From IMG/VR virus record IMGVR_UViG_3300025941_000667, positions 14,218-78,217 of that record: a stretch of 64,000 bases of DNA; one strand, 5' to 3'. Positions 23,700-35,400 of the stretch are shown one piece after another (the first letter of the stretch is position 1; every line of letters starts with the position of its first letter). A program made the position numbers and the translations under genes. The notes beneath the pieces were generated by a model. That model had not been told where the DNA came from and ran no database searches. It worked only from the letters and a program-made list of their open reading frames with translations. Origin of the DNA: a virus.

Positions 23700-25627
23700 T
23701 AGGCAACCGCCTCCGTGACACCCTGGACAAACCGCACGCGCCCGAGTTCGCGAGCATACGGGTTGCCGTCACTGGTTAAGACCTTGATATCGTAAAAATA
23801 AAGTTTCCGGGTGGAGAAAATTACACGAGACATCTCAGAAGCATAAATCGCAAAGACGAGGCGTCCAACCCCATCCGTCGTGCCGTCATCTGTAATCTGC
23901 CCATTCATCCCGAGTATGGGAGTAATCACCTTCTGGAAGGGGGCTTCGTCGTCAGTTTGCTGAAGATTTTCCTTGATCGTGAACCACGCTTTTGTCAGAG
24001 TCAGCCCCGGGGGAATTGCCTGCACTTGGCGTATTAACTGATCGGCGCTGCCAAGCACCAAGTCATCAATCGTACTATTCAGAATCGGCACGGGCGTTTC
24101 TCCTTCGGCCAAGCTGATCACGCCATAATGAAACGTCTTGAGCGTAATGACGCGGGGCAGACAGAGCGTCTTTTGAAAGGTGAGTTCGACAGGGGAAGGC
24201 GGAGTAGGGATCACATCGCCAAAGACGAAGGCGCCCACCACACCCTGAGAGAAGTCTTCACACCAACATCCACCTAACACCGGATCGTAGAGCGCAGTTG
24301 TAGGGTTAAATACGCGAGAAGCATCATTCGTTTGGTTGAATCCATTAAAAAAGACACCGACGCACCCGGTCACTCCAGCGAAGTCTATACTCCGAATGAT
24401 ATCTAATGTGAGTAAATCAATTTCGTAAAAGATCGGACCAGTTACACCGCCATCGACCAAAAACATCGACGTATCGTCAATCGTGTGATGGAACGATTGA
24501 TAATTATGGTCGTACTGAATAGTAATGGGCGCATCAGCAGTATCCGTTACGACGCCATCAGTAAGACGACACTTTACAAGTTTGTCCGCGGCGCCGATGA
24601 ACAAGGAATTATCAGCCGCAACCCACCGCACCATGGGTTCTGCTCGATGGCCCATCGTAAAATTAGCGCTCAAGTCTTCCATCAGCGTCTGTGTCCCATC
24701 GGGCGCCACTTTCCAGAGCAAGGTATAGACTGCATTATCGTCGAGACTGACGCACCACAAATTGCCCGCGGAATCCGAGTCAATATCCCAGACTCGATTG
24801 CGCGTGCCGCCCACCGGTACCCCATCCCAGCTCGCGGCAGTCTTGTTGTACACACGAACGCGCGTCTCTCGGTCCCAACAGTGAAGATTGCCGTGGATTG
24901 AATGATCGTCAGCTTGGTCGAGCGCCCAAACAAAATGATTCGGGCTATGGCGATCGACGCGGACTTGGCCGGCTGAAGGATACAGAATAGTGACGCCGTT
25001 CGTGGTGACGCTGCCGATCTTCGTCAACGTGTCTGCAGCAAAGGCCGTCTGTGCTTCTTTACTCTGCGTGAGGTTCCCCACTTCAATCCCAATCCACCAC
25101 AGCACCCCAAACTCGTCCATATCAGGTGGCCCAAAACTCGGCCAGTTGTGAAATTGTCCGGTGTGATCGGTAATGACGCCCGTGCGACGATTGAGCGCCC
25201 AGACGTGAGAAGACGCACCTGCATTGTTGGGAGCGCCGCCGATCGAGTAGAGATAGGGCGCCACATCGCCACGAGGATCATAGAGTAAGCAGTTGCGGGC
25301 GAGCCCTGGTAGATGATTGTAGGGTTGATACGCCGTAAACGAGAGAAGAGTCACGGTAAACGCAACGACAAGACTTCCGGTGGAGGCATCGAGGTTTGTA
25401 ACCGTCACTGTGCGCCGGCCAAGCGCCGCGCCGCCATTGATGACGACGTTAAGATGAATCTGCGTGGCCGAATCAATAACAGTGGTTGCGGCCTCGGGGG
25501 CCACATTCGCGCCGCTAAAGGTCACCACCGCACCCGCAACAAAGCCGGTTCCATGGATCACGACATGGAACAGATGGCCGCCTTGCGCGCCAAAATTCGG
25601 AGTAATACTGGTGACCGTGACTGCCAT
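23699..25627 (-). CDS. Tail-associated protein: IPT/TIG domain, beta-propeller-like region, C-terminal BppU-like Ig domain (642 aa)
   Basis: VTSITPN..GTGF..TVTVTN N-terminus; AWFTIK..YFYDIKV C-terminus. Confidence 0.55.
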   Translation of the reverse strand: MAVTVTSITPNFGAQGGHLFHVVIHGTGFVAGAVVTFSGANVAPEAATTVIDSATQIHLNVVINGGAALGRRTVTVTNLDASTGSLVVAFTVTLLSFTAYQPYNHLPGLARNCLLYDPRGDVAPYLYSIGGAPNNAGASSHVWALNRRTGVITDHTGQFHNWPSFGPPDMDEFGVLWWIGIEVGNLTQSKEAQTAFAADTLTKIGSVTTNGVTILYPSAGQVRVDRHSPNHFVWALDQADDHSIHGNLHCWDRETRVRVYNKTAASWDGVPVGGTRNRVWDIDSDSAGNLWCVSLDDNAVYTLLWKVAPDGTQTLMEDLSANFTMGHRAEPMVRWVAADNSLFIGAADKLVKCRLTDGVVTDTADAPITIQYDHNYQSFHHTIDDTSMFLVDGGVTGPIFYEIDLLTLDIIRSIDFAGVTGCVGVFFNGFNQTNDASRVFNPTTALYDPVLGGCWCEDFSQGVVGAFVFGDVIPTPPSPVELTFQKTLCLPRVITLKTFHYGVISLAEGETPVPILNSTIDDLVLGSADQLIRQVQAIPPGLTLTKAWFTIKENLQQTDDEAPFQKVITPILGMNGQITDDGTTDGVGRLVFAIYASEMSRVIFSTRKLYFYDIKVLTSDGNPYARELGRVRFVQGVTEAVA

Positions 25628-25633
25628 AGTCTA

Positions 25634-25852
25634 TTACTTTACAGCGTCGACAATGGCCTCCGCCTGAGCTGCTGGCCCTTTCAACCCCGCTTGTTCACTC
25701 GTGACATTGACTTGACGAGCACGCAAGCCAGCCATTCCTGCGGAGAAGGCGAGCATGGCTTCCGAATTATGGCCTTGATACAGAAAATACACACCCATCA
25801 AGATATTAAAGAGGCCCGGAAGGCCCGTTTGCCAATTGACCCACGTTCCCAT
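25634..25852 (-). CDS. Holin-like small membrane protein (72 aa)
   Basis: AAGGAG RBS before ATG 25852 (MGTWVNWQTGLPG...); two hydrophobic segments. Confidence 0.45.
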   Translation of the reverse strand: MGTWVNWQTGLPGLFNILMGVYFLYQGHNSEAMLAFSAGMAGLRARQVNVTSEQAGLKGPAAQAEAIVDAVK

Positions 25853-25865
25853 AGATAACTCCTTA

Positions 25866-26867
25866 CTAATGCACCTGGACCGCAACGTTAGACGGCGGAT
25901 TTGGCAGCGGCGCCGCACTGGGAGCCGGGTTTACTTCCGCAAAATTCGATGCTGCATTACCAACCTTGATGTTATCGTGATAGACAATACTTTTTTCTCC
26001 TGCTGGTGGAATATGACCAGCCGTGTTTGCAATCCACCAACTTTGATACACGCCCCATTTGACATCTGTTTGGTTGAAATTATTAAAAGAGTTAATGCCA
26101 GTAAATATCACCGTAGGAGTGCCGCCGGTTGTCCCTGTCCCATTCCGCCAGATTTGCAAGAGTCCATTCGATGTACTCCAGCGCGCATGAATCACGAAGT
26201 TCTCCCACTGATCCAGCACGGCGGCGCCAAGAGGAAGATCGGTGCGGGTAGCTAAGTTCACGTTTGGACAACTTGTCCCCGTATTATTCTGTGCATCCAC
26301 ATGAGCATTCCAGACTAAGGAGCCCGTATGATTTGAGAACCAAATAACAAAGCGTGGCCCAAAGCCAGATCCGCAGGAGCCGCCAAGCTGGTGGGCTTGG
26401 AAAATCACTTGCCCATTAAAATCATTAAACGACGCATTGTGCGTATACTGCGTCGCGGAATCAATCCGCACGGAAAACCCGTACCATTCGTCGGCCTCGG
26501 GGGTGTAGGGAATAGCAATTTCAGACTCACTGCGGTCACACGAGGGGAGCCCCGTTAAGTTACTTCCAAAGAGCCAACATGGATTCCAGAATCCAGCAAT
26601 TTGCCCAGGTTTCGCGATATGCTGGATCGCGTGCGTTCCTTCACTGACGGGTAAGGAAGGCGCCGTGGTAATGGTAATGGCGCCAGGATTCGGCGTAGAC
26701 TGAAAATTCGGAGTGGGGCAACTGCCAGCATTGATTACCGATTGCGCGCACCTATCCGCTTGCCCATATGTGTTGTCGTTGTAGTCAACGGGGAATTTGT
26801 TGAGAATCGCAGCATGCGCGGGCGCAAGCGTGAATATCAGAAAGAGAAGACAAAGCAATGTGTTCAT
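25866..26867 (-). CDS. Secreted polysaccharide lyase-like (beta-jelly-roll) protein, 333 aa
   Basis: Likely start MNTLLCLLFLIFTLAPAHA (signal peptide) at 26867; RSE, WYGFS, IFQAH, GLLQIWRNG, KWGVY and YHDNIKVG motifs. Confidence 0.7.
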   Translation of the reverse strand: MNTLLCLLFLIFTLAPAHAAILNKFPVDYNDNTYGQADRCAQSVINAGSCPTPNFQSTPNPGAITITTAPSLPVSEGTHAIQHIAKPGQIAGFWNPCWLFGSNLTGLPSCDRSESEIAIPYTPEADEWYGFSVRIDSATQYTHNASFNDFNGQVIFQAHQLGGSCGSGFGPRFVIWFSNHTGSLVWNAHVDAQNNTGTSCPNVNLATRTDLPLGAAVLDQWENFVIHARWSTSNGLLQIWRNGTGTTGGTPTVIFTGINSFNNFNQTDVKWGVYQSWWIANTAGHIPPAGEKSIVYHDNIKVGNAASNFAEVNPAPSAAPLPNPPSNVAVQVH

Positions 26868-26868
26868 A

Positions 26869-29800
26869 TTAGGGGAGAGCAGTTCCCATATCCTGCTGGA
26901 CCTCATAGGTAGACAGTAGGCGGTTATACGTTCGTATTTCGTCAAGGTTGCCATCCCACGCTCTATCAAGAGCAGGGCGGTTCCCCCATGTTTCCGCTTG
27001 CGCGTTGGTCTGGAGTGTTCCCGTCACGACAGCAACGGCAGTCACTGTCTGTTCGACGCCATCCAGCCACCAGCGGGGAAGAGAGGCGGGGAGCCCATCG
27101 TGACTAATCGCCACATGATGCCAGGCGTTGAGTGTCGGAATGGGGACGCTCCACTTGGCGATGCCGCCCGAGTAGAACCGCTGAAATTCTAAGGCAGTGC
27201 CGTTGCCACTGATGAGGGCGAGTTCTATTCCCTTATCGAAGATTCTGCCTACGCCGCCTCCCCCTGTCGAACGAATAAAGATCCAGGCTTCCCAAGTGCG
27301 TTGCGTAGAGTCTGCAGTCAGGCCCGCAATGGTCAAAATTGAATTGGTTGCATTGAAGTTAAGCGCATTCCCAAAGCTGGCATGGGCTGCACGCGCCCCA
27401 TTCGTAAATGTACCAGGGAGAGAATCGGCGGAATCCGTAACGACCGTTCCCGACGCTTCATTTGCCCCGAATGCAAGGATCGGGGGTTGCGGCTGAAAGG
27501 GGAGAAAACAGGCCGCGCCGGTTCCACCGATCCTTGCGGATTCGCCGGTTGCATTAAACGAGGCTACTTTGTAGCAGCAGCTCGTCGTTTGCGGCATGTT
27601 TGTGTCATCATACATCACTGCATTTGCTGCCGTCGTGGCAATCAGCGTATCCCCAGCGTCACTACACGAGCGGTACACATGATCGCCCGTTTCAAGAGAG
27701 GAATTATCGGTCCAGGTAATCGTGGCAAAAGCAGGACCAGCAACAGTGAAGCCCGCAACGAGACTGCTACTTTGCCCGTCCGCATTCGTGACAATGACCG
27801 TGCGGGTTCCTAGCGCCGTTTGCGCAGCAACCGTGATATTCGCCGTAATCTGCGTGGCCGAGTTGCGGGTGCAGGAATTGACCGTTACTCCGGCGCCGAA
27901 GCTACAGGATGGTCCGGTGACATAGTTCGTTCCGGTAATAATCACGTTAAACGCGGATGCTCCGCGCGTGCCGCTCGTAGGGGCAATAGACGTGATAGTC
28001 GGAGCAGGAGGGGGAGGAGCGGCGGTTACGGCAAACCCGTTCGTCAGGGTGCCGGTCAAGGTGTCGGGATTGGTAACGACAACATTACGAGTCGCAATCG
28101 TCGCACCCCCAGCAATCGTAATGCCTGCCGTGATTTGCGTGGCTGAGTTAAAGACACAGCTATTGATCGTGATTCCAGCACCGAAGCTACAGGTGGCGCC
28201 ACTCTGAAAATCAGCGCCGGTAATCACTATGCTCAGCACCGCGTCTTGCGCGCCCGAGACCGGAGACACCGCACTAATAGTAGGCGCGGGCGGCGGCGCC
28301 GCAGTCACGGTAAAACCGTTGGTCAGACTCCCACTTTGCTGATCGGTATTCGTCACCATGACCGGCCGTGCTCCAGGGGAAGCAGCAGCGCCAACGGTGA
28401 TACTGGAAGTAATCGAAGTCGCGGAGTTCAGCGCGCAGGTGTTGACGATGACTCCTGTACCGAAGGAACAGGTTGGCCCGGTCAGAAACCCCGTGCCAGT
28501 AATCGTAATACTTGTCGTTGCGCCTTGCTGTGCAAACGTCGGGGAAATCGAGGTCACCGTAGGAACAGGATTCACAAAAGGCGTAACTGTAAAAGAGGAC
28601 ACGGCAGTCCCGGTTTGTCCATCAGGGTTCATGATAGCGATATTGCGCAGCCCAAGGGTGGTATTGGCGGCGAGCGTGATGTTCGCAGTGATCTGCGTGA
28701 CGGAATTGAAGATACAGCTATTGATGGTAATACTCGCGCCAAAATTGCAGGTAGCGCCACTCTGAAAGGCAGACCCGGTAATCACCACAGCAGTCAAGGT
28801 GGCGCCTTGCGCGCCTGAGTTGGGTGAAGCGGAGGTCGGCGCCGGAGGAGGGAGCGGCGCTGCTTGCACAGAAAACCCACTCACGAGACTGCCGCTCTGC
28901 GCATCCTGGTTCGTCACTGTGACTGTCCGTGGGCCAACAGCAGCAGCGCCATTGATCGTCACACTCGCCGTGATCGACGTGCTGGAATTAAAAGTGCACG
29001 TATTGGCAATGCCCGCGCCGAAATTGCACGTCGGCAGATTGAGAAACCCTGTTCCTACAATTGTCACACTAGCCACTGTCCCTTGTGTCCCCACATTGGG
29101 CGTGACACTGGTAATCGTGGGCGGGTCGTTAATAAATGGTGTGACCGTAAAACCATCAGTTAATGTCCCAGCTTGCGTATCGGGATTGGTCACTGTTACG
29201 TTGCGCACCCCTGTAGTCGCCGCTTGAGCAATCGTCAGTGCTGCCGTGAGTTGTGTAGGAGAATTGAAGACACAAGAATTGACGGCAATGCCGGCGCCGA
29301 AGGAACAGGTTGCGCCGCTCTGAAAAGCAGAGCCGGCAATCAGAACTCCAGTCAGCACCGCATCTTGTGCGCCGTTCGGGGGCGTCACGGAAGTCACCAC
29401 TGGGGGAGGGAGCGCCGCCGATTGAACGTTAAACCCACTGACAAGACTGCCACTTTGCGCGTCAGTGTTCGTCACCGTCACTGTGCGTACCCCCACCGAG
29501 GCGCTCGCGCCAATGGTAATACTCGCCGTGATCTGTGTGGCGGAGTTACGGGTACAGCTATTAATGGTGATGCCAGTGCCGAAATTGCAGGTCGGAGAGG
29601 CAAGAAACCCGGTGCCAGTGATCACAATACTACTGCCACTGTCTCCTTGTACTCCAGCATTAGGATTCACCCCGGTGACCGTCGGAGCAGGATTCACAAA
29701 GGCCGTCACGGTAAAGACGCTTACTCCAGTCCCGGTTTGCAAGTCGGGATTGGTAATAGCAATGTTTCGTAGTCCAAGCGTCGTACCTACAGCAAGGGTA

Positions 29801-32427
29801 ATATTCGCTGTGATTTGCGTAGCGGAATTGAAGATACAGGAGTTGATCGTGATACTCGCACCGAAATTACAGGTAGCGCCAGATTGGAAATTGGTGCCGG
29901 TAATGACAACACTAGAAAGTGTGGCGCCTTGCGCCCCGGTGTTGGGAGAGGCCGAGGTCACAGTAGGCGCGGGAATCACTGCCCCTGTCACGGTAAAGGC
30001 GCTCACCAGACTACCCACTTGGGAGTCAGGATTGGTCACCGTGACTGTCCGATTTCCCACCGCTGCACCCCCACCAATCGTGATATTCGCGGTAAGCTGC
30101 GTAGCAGAGTTAAACGTACAGCTATTGACCGTGATATTGGCCCCATAACTGCAGGTCGCACCACTCTGAAAGCCGGTTCCAGCAATAACATCACTCGCAA
30201 TGCTATCGCCTTGGGCGCCAGTATTGGGCGTAACAGATGATACGACTGGAGGAGGAGGCGGAGGTTGCGAAACCGTAAAGCCCGCTGCAAGGGCAGCGCT
30301 CTGAGAATCGGGATTCGTGACAGTCAGTGAGCGCGTACCTAGCGTGGCGCCTCCAGCAATGGTGATATTCGCCGTCAATGACGAGGAGGAAGTAAAGGAA
30401 CAAGAATTTGTGGTGATCCCTGCCCCAAAATCACAGGTGGCTCCGTTCTGAAAATTCGCACCAGCGATCGCTACGGCGACGGTCGCGCCTTGCGCCGCAA
30501 TGTTTGGGGTCAGTGAGGTAATCGTTGGGGGTGGAGGAGTGGGCTGCGTAACAGTAAAGGCAGGGGCCAGTGTAGTAATTTGCGCATCGGGATTGGTGAT
30601 TGTCAGGGTATAGGTGCCAAGATCCGCCCCTACATCAATCGTGATATTCGCAGTCAGTTGCGTACTCGACGTGAATGGACAGCTCAGTGTGTTGATCCCG
30701 GCGCCAAAACCACAAGTCGCGCCGTTCTGAAAGCCCGTGCCAGTAATGACGACCGCAACGGTGTCGCCACGCGCCGCGATATTAGGGACAACAGAGGTAA
30801 TCACTGGCGGCGGGCGTGGCCCCTGTGTCACGGTGAATCCATTCGACAAAGTGCTTAATTGAAAATCTGGGTTGGTCACCGTGACAGTATGTCCACCCTG
30901 GGGCGCATCGGAGGCAATCGTCAGCAGCCCAGTAAGGGTTGTCGAAGAAACAAAGGAGCAGGTGCTGGTAATGCCAACGCCGAAATCGCATGTTCCACCT
31001 GTGCGAAAATCCGTGCCGGTAATAGTAACACTGAGATTGCTTGCGCTCTGCGCTCCGGTCGCCGGCGAGACGCTCGACACAACGGGAGGGTTCGGGGGTG
31101 TAATAGGACAGGTCTCTTGCCCAGTCGCAATCCGCCAATCTGAGCAGGTAGCGTAGGTATCTACCCCCCAGAGAACCACAAACGGCGTCGCCACAAAGAT
31201 ATTGCCCGAAAAGAAGAGACCGGTTTGACAGGCAAGTTGCCCCACTGTCGCGATGATAAGATCCGGGCCGGTAGTCGTCAGAGGATTGCCCCCGAGTCCC
31301 ACATCTTGGACACACGCGGACGCAGAGACGGGATTGTCAATCAAGATGGTCGCACGCGGGTGCGCCCCGGAAGTGAGCGTCAACGTATTGGAGTTCAAGA
31401 CCGAGTTCGTCACTGCGCCCCGCACAGTGAGGCTACCCATGCTCAAAATGGCATCATCCGTAGATATATTGTTTGTAACCTGCGTATTGGTATGTTGCGA
31501 AAGTCCAGCGATATCTTGTCGAAGAAGATATCCAGCCCCATCATTCGCAGAGGATATATTGTCATGCACTGTCGAATTCTGAACATTGGGACCAAGAACA
31601 AACCCCTCGCCATCGACGCTGCCTGTCAGATTCCCATGCGAGTTATTAGCGTGCATGTTCATCGCACTAGAGTCATACACGGCAATACCTGCCGGGCCTG
31701 GAGTGCTCGAATTTGTGGCCCCATTGGCGTAGGCTTCTGAGTTTACAATTTCACCGCTCAGCGTCCCTCCTAGGCTAATGCCAGAGCCGCCAGCGTTATC
31801 ATGTGAAATCACGCCATCGAGAATAATATCCTGATTGACATTCTGAGCGCCGGCGCCGATCACCACCCCCGTGTTGCCGTTGTTATGCACCGCAAGGGTC
31901 GTCAACCGAATCGTGCGATACGAAGTAAACGCATACAACAAAATACCGTACCGCCCATACTCACTCACGGAAAGATCAGAGAGAGAAATACCCGCACTAC
32001 CGCTGCCATTATTTTGTGTAAAGACAAGCCCGTCACCCAGTGAAGTCGCAGGCGTTCCGTTGCCCACAAAATTCAATCCAGTAACGGTCATCCAACTGAG
32101 ATTGTTCGCGACGATGCCTTGATTGCCGGTAATCGTGGCGCGACCCGCGCCATAGGAGGACACAAGCACGGGATTAACGGAAGAGCCACTATCGCTGGAG
32201 GAGAAACGAATAGGGCCGGCGAAAGAATCGCCGCCACGGAAGAGGATAAGATCACCAGGATGGAAGGATTGCAGATTGACCCGCAGCACCGTATGCCACG
32301 CCGTCTCTGGGGTCAGGCCATCGCCACAGGTATCATCGCCTGTGGAGGACACATAATAGGTGGCGGCCTGGAGAGGCGCGGGCAAAAAGAGGAGAAAAAG
32401 AAAGAGCAGTACATAGAGTTTACGCAT
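26869..32427 (-). CDS. Large adhesin-like protein: signal peptide, right-handed beta-helix, 12 IPT/TIG repeats, Fn3-like, LamG (1852 aa)
   Basis: MRKLYVLLFLFLLFLPAPLQA|ATYYVSSTGDD..GDLILFRGGD; 12 repeats of ~90 aa counted; WHHVA..GNLDEIRTYNRLLS C-terminus. Confidence 0.85.
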   Translation of the reverse strand: MRKLYVLLFLFLLFLPAPLQAATYYVSSTGDDTCGDGLTPETAWHTVLRVNLQSFHPGDLILFRGGDSFAGPIRFSSSDSGSSVNPVLVSSYGAGRATITGNQGIVANNLSWMTVTGLNFVGNGTPATSLGDGLVFTQNNGSGSAGISLSDLSVSEYGRYGILLYAFTSYRTIRLTTLAVHNNGNTGVVIGAGAQNVNQDIILDGVISHDNAGGSGISLGGTLSGEIVNSEAYANGATNSSTPGPAGIAVYDSSAMNMHANNSHGNLTGSVDGEGFVLGPNVQNSTVHDNISSANDGAGYLLRQDIAGLSQHTNTQVTNNISTDDAILSMGSLTVRGAVTNSVLNSNTLTLTSGAHPRATILIDNPVSASACVQDVGLGGNPLTTTGPDLIIATVGQLACQTGLFFSGNIFVATPFVVLWGVDTYATCSDWRIATGQETCPITPPNPPVVSSVSPATGAQSASNLSVTITGTDFRTGGTCDFGVGITSTCSFVSSTTLTGLLTIASDAPQGGHTVTVTNPDFQLSTLSNGFTVTQGPRPPPVITSVVPNIAARGDTVAVVITGTGFQNGATCGFGAGINTLSCPFTSSTQLTANITIDVGADLGTYTLTITNPDAQITTLAPAFTVTQPTPPPPTITSLTPNIAAQGATVAVAIAGANFQNGATCDFGAGITTNSCSFTSSSSLTANITIAGGATLGTRSLTVTNPDSQSAALAAGFTVSQPPPPPPVVSSVTPNTGAQGDSIASDVIAGTGFQSGATCSYGANITVNSCTFNSATQLTANITIGGGAAVGNRTVTVTNPDSQVGSLVSAFTVTGAVIPAPTVTSASPNTGAQGATLSSVVITGTNFQSGATCNFGASITINSCIFNSATQITANITLAVGTTLGLRNIAITNPDLQTGTGVSVFTVTAFVNPAPTVTGVNPNAGVQGDSGSSIVITGTGFLASPTCNFGTGITINSCTRNSATQITASITIGASASVGVRTVTVTNTDAQSGSLVSGFNVQSAALPPPVVTSVTPPNGAQDAVLTGVLIAGSAFQSGATCSFGAGIAVNSCVFNSPTQLTAALTIAQAATTGVRNVTVTNPDTQAGTLTDGFTVTPFINDPPTITSVTPNVGTQGTVASVTIVGTGFLNLPTCNFGAGIANTCTFNSSTSITASVTINGAAAVGPRTVTVTNQDAQSGSLVSGFSVQAAPLPPPAPTSASPNSGAQGATLTAVVITGSAFQSGATCNFGASITINSCIFNSVTQITANITLAANTTLGLRNIAIMNPDGQTGTAVSSFTVTPFVNPVPTVTSISPTFAQQGATTSITITGTGFLTGPTCSFGTGVIVNTCALNSATSITSSITVGAAASPGARPVMVTNTDQQSGSLTNGFTVTAAPPPAPTISAVSPVSGAQDAVLSIVITGADFQSGATCSFGAGITINSCVFNSATQITAGITIAGGATIATRNVVVTNPDTLTGTLTNGFAVTAAPPPPAPTITSIAPTSGTRGASAFNVIITGTNYVTGPSCSFGAGVTVNSCTRNSATQITANITVAAQTALGTRTVIVTNADGQSSSLVAGFTVAGPAFATITWTDNSSLETGDHVYRSCSDAGDTLIATTAANAVMYDDTNMPQTTSCCYKVASFNATGESARIGGTGAACFLPFQPQPPILAFGANEASGTVVTDSADSLPGTFTNGARAAHASFGNALNFNATNSILTIAGLTADSTQRTWEAWIFIRSTGGGGVGRIFDKGIELALISGNGTALEFQRFYSGGIAKWSVPIPTLNAWHHVAISHDGLPASLPRWWLDGVEQTVTAVAVVTGTLQTNAQAETWGNRPALDRAWDGNLDEIRTYNRLLSTYEVQQDMGTALP

Positions 32428-32430
32428 GAA

Positions 32431-35400
32431 TTATGATCGTCTCGCGAGTTGACGTTTGAGTTCGTCAATCTGCGCCTGTTGTTCCTGAATGGCTTTGACT
32501 AAGACCGCTGTAAGTTCCTGGTATCGCACGCCTTGAAGTTTGCCGTCGGTACCATAACCCACGAGCCGCTTATCTACGCTCTCGGTATGGTGAGCGCCGA
32601 GCCCTGGCTGTTCATACTTATCACCGGCAGCAATTTCCTTCTTTTTCCAAGTAAACCAGAAGGGTTTGAGTTTCATGACAATATCAAGGCCATTCATGGC
32701 ATGGGACCACTTGATATTTTTCCATTCTTCAAGAGACGCCGTACAGGCAGTCGAGTTGTTGACTCGAAGATTCCCTGTTGACGTTGTCCAACACACCGTG
32801 CCAGTCGTCGCGCCGGTATTCGTGGACAAATCGGGCAGCTGTAGAATACCGTGCATAATCGTATTGGCAGTGGTGTTTGTTCCAGTCCCCGTTACGAGCA
32901 CCCAACTCCCGCCAGTGCCGCCGATATTGATTGTGTCCGACGTGCTTAACGATGCGGTCGTGATAGCGGCGCTGACCCCCATTTCGATATTATTGGAACC
33001 GGTCGTCAGTACCGTCGACGCGACATTGGGACCGATAAGCAGATTATTGGCGCCGGTCGTCACGATAAGACCGGCCTTTCGCCCCAATGCGGTGTTGCCG
33101 GCGCCGGTAGCAACCTGGAGCGCCGCAGATCCTAAACCCGTAGCGTTCGACCCAGTATGTAAGCCAAGCACTCCATCGCCAATAGCCGTATTGTCATTCC
33201 CGCTCACAACCGTATGTAGGGCGCCATTGCCCATTGCCACATTATCGCCGCCACTTGTCACTAAGGCATCGGCATTGGTTCCAATGGCAACATTTGAGCC
33301 GCCGCCAATGGTGGCGTTCCCTGCATGGTATCCAATATAGGTATTGCCAGTGCCGCCACTAATTGTTGCAGGGGCGCCCGAGTTGCCTACCACTGTATTC
33401 TGATTGGTGGCGCCATCTTCCCAGAGCGCGCACACGCCGCCGAGTTGATATTGGCAGGTCGTGCCAGTACCCGTCGTATTTACCGTTGTTGCACTCGCAA
33501 CGCCTAATGTCGGCGTCACCAACGTCGGTGAGGTATTAAACACTGCCGTGCCACTGCCCGTCTCATCAGAGAGCACCCCAGCCAGTTCCGCAGATGTGGT
33601 TGCAGCAAAGACGCTGAGCTTATTCCCGGTATACGCAACCGTACCGCCCGCACCAAACGCCACAGTCGAAGTATCAGTCCCTGTAAAGGTCAACGTATTG
33701 CTGGCGGTCAGTGTCTTACCGTCTGCTATCGTAAGAGTTGCCGAAGTAGCAGGCGGTGTAATCGCGACCTTATTGATCGAGGTGGCGGCGGCAACACCGA
33801 GGACGGGGGTTGTCAGGATAGGAGTCGTATCCAGCACGGCTTTCCCCGTACCAGTAATGTCACTAATCGCGGTCCCGTTAATCTTGAAAACGTTCCCGGA
33901 CCCCGCAGTGTCATAGGTTTTATTCGTGAGAGTATCAGTCGTGGCCTTGCCTACGGCGGTATCCGTAGCGGCAGGAATACTCCAAGTGACGGTTCCTAGG
34001 GCTCCTGCTACAGGTTGTACGGTCACGACTCCAGAGGTAGCGTTGCCCATACTCATTGAGCCAAGTGTCCCGCTCGCACCAAGCGCAAGCGATGTTCCAG
34101 AGGCAACACCCAACACCGGAGTTACAAGCGTAGGGGAAGTATCTAACACCATTTTGCCAGTGCCGGTCTTGTCGGACACGGTCACGGTGTTGATCTTAAA
34201 AACATTCCCACTGCCCGCCGTGTCAAAGGTTTTGTTCGTGAGAGTATCGGTGGTTGCTTTGCCCACGAGCGTATCAGTTGCGGCAGGCAGACTAAGAGTA
34301 GGAGTCCCAAGAGCGCCAGTCACGGGAGCAACGGTAATGGTTCCAGAGGTCGCATTCCCCATTGTGAGAGAGCCTAACGTCCCAGAAGCTCCTAGGGTTG
34401 GTGTCGCTGTAAATGCAGGAGTAGCCCCAGCTAAGACTTGGCCTGCGGCCCCGGTCACCGTGAGATTTCCCGTTGCGGTACTCAACGCGAGCGGCGCAGA
34501 TACGGTTACGGCGGGCGTCCCTGAAGACGTGCCCCATGTCACCGTGGGTGTCCCAGCCGCGGCTTGCGGCTTGACTGTGACGGTCCCGCTCGTATTGCCG
34601 TTCATCGTCAACTGTCCAATGGACCCGCCATTCGCGCCCAAGGCCAGTGTTGTGCCGGTCGCTGCCCCAAGTACAGGCGTTACTAGCGTCGGCGTCGTAT
34701 CCAACACCACTTTTCCCGTTCCCGTTTTATCGGTCACGGCGGTAGTGTTAATCTTCAATACGTTGCCGGTATCAGCAGTATCGAAGGTCTTATTGGTAAA
34801 AACATCAGTGGTTGCTTTACCCACTGCGGTATCCGTTGCAGCGGGGAGGCTCCAGGTCACCGTCCCAAGAGCGCCAGCCACCGGAGCAACGGTTACGGTC
34901 CCGGAAGTGGCATTGCCCATGGTGAGAGAGCCAAGTGTTCCAGAAGCACCGAGAGTCGGGGTTGCAGTAAAAGCGCCGGTTGCCCCATTGGGCACTTGTC
35001 CAGCACCACCAGAAAGCGAGACGGCGCCGGCAGCGCTGACGGCCACAGGGGCAGTACCTGTGATGGCGCCCCCCCCTGAACTCGTAACACAGGTCGCGCA
35101 GGTCATATTGCCGGTGGCGCTGGTAATCGCGAGGGGGGAGGATGCAGTCACAGCAGGCGTACCGCTGGCCGTACCGAAAGTAACGGTAGGCGTACCTGCA
35201 GCCGCTTGGGGCTTGAGTAGTACGGACCCGCTACTATTTCCGGCAAAAGTGAGGGTGCCAATCGAGGCGCCTGCGATACCGAGTGTCGGAGTCGCGGTAA
35301 AGGCGCCGGTCAAACCATTTGGCACTTGGCCCGCAGTACCGGAGAGAGAAATCGCACCGGCAGCAGAAACTGCAACAGGGGCAGTGCCTGTAAGATCCCC

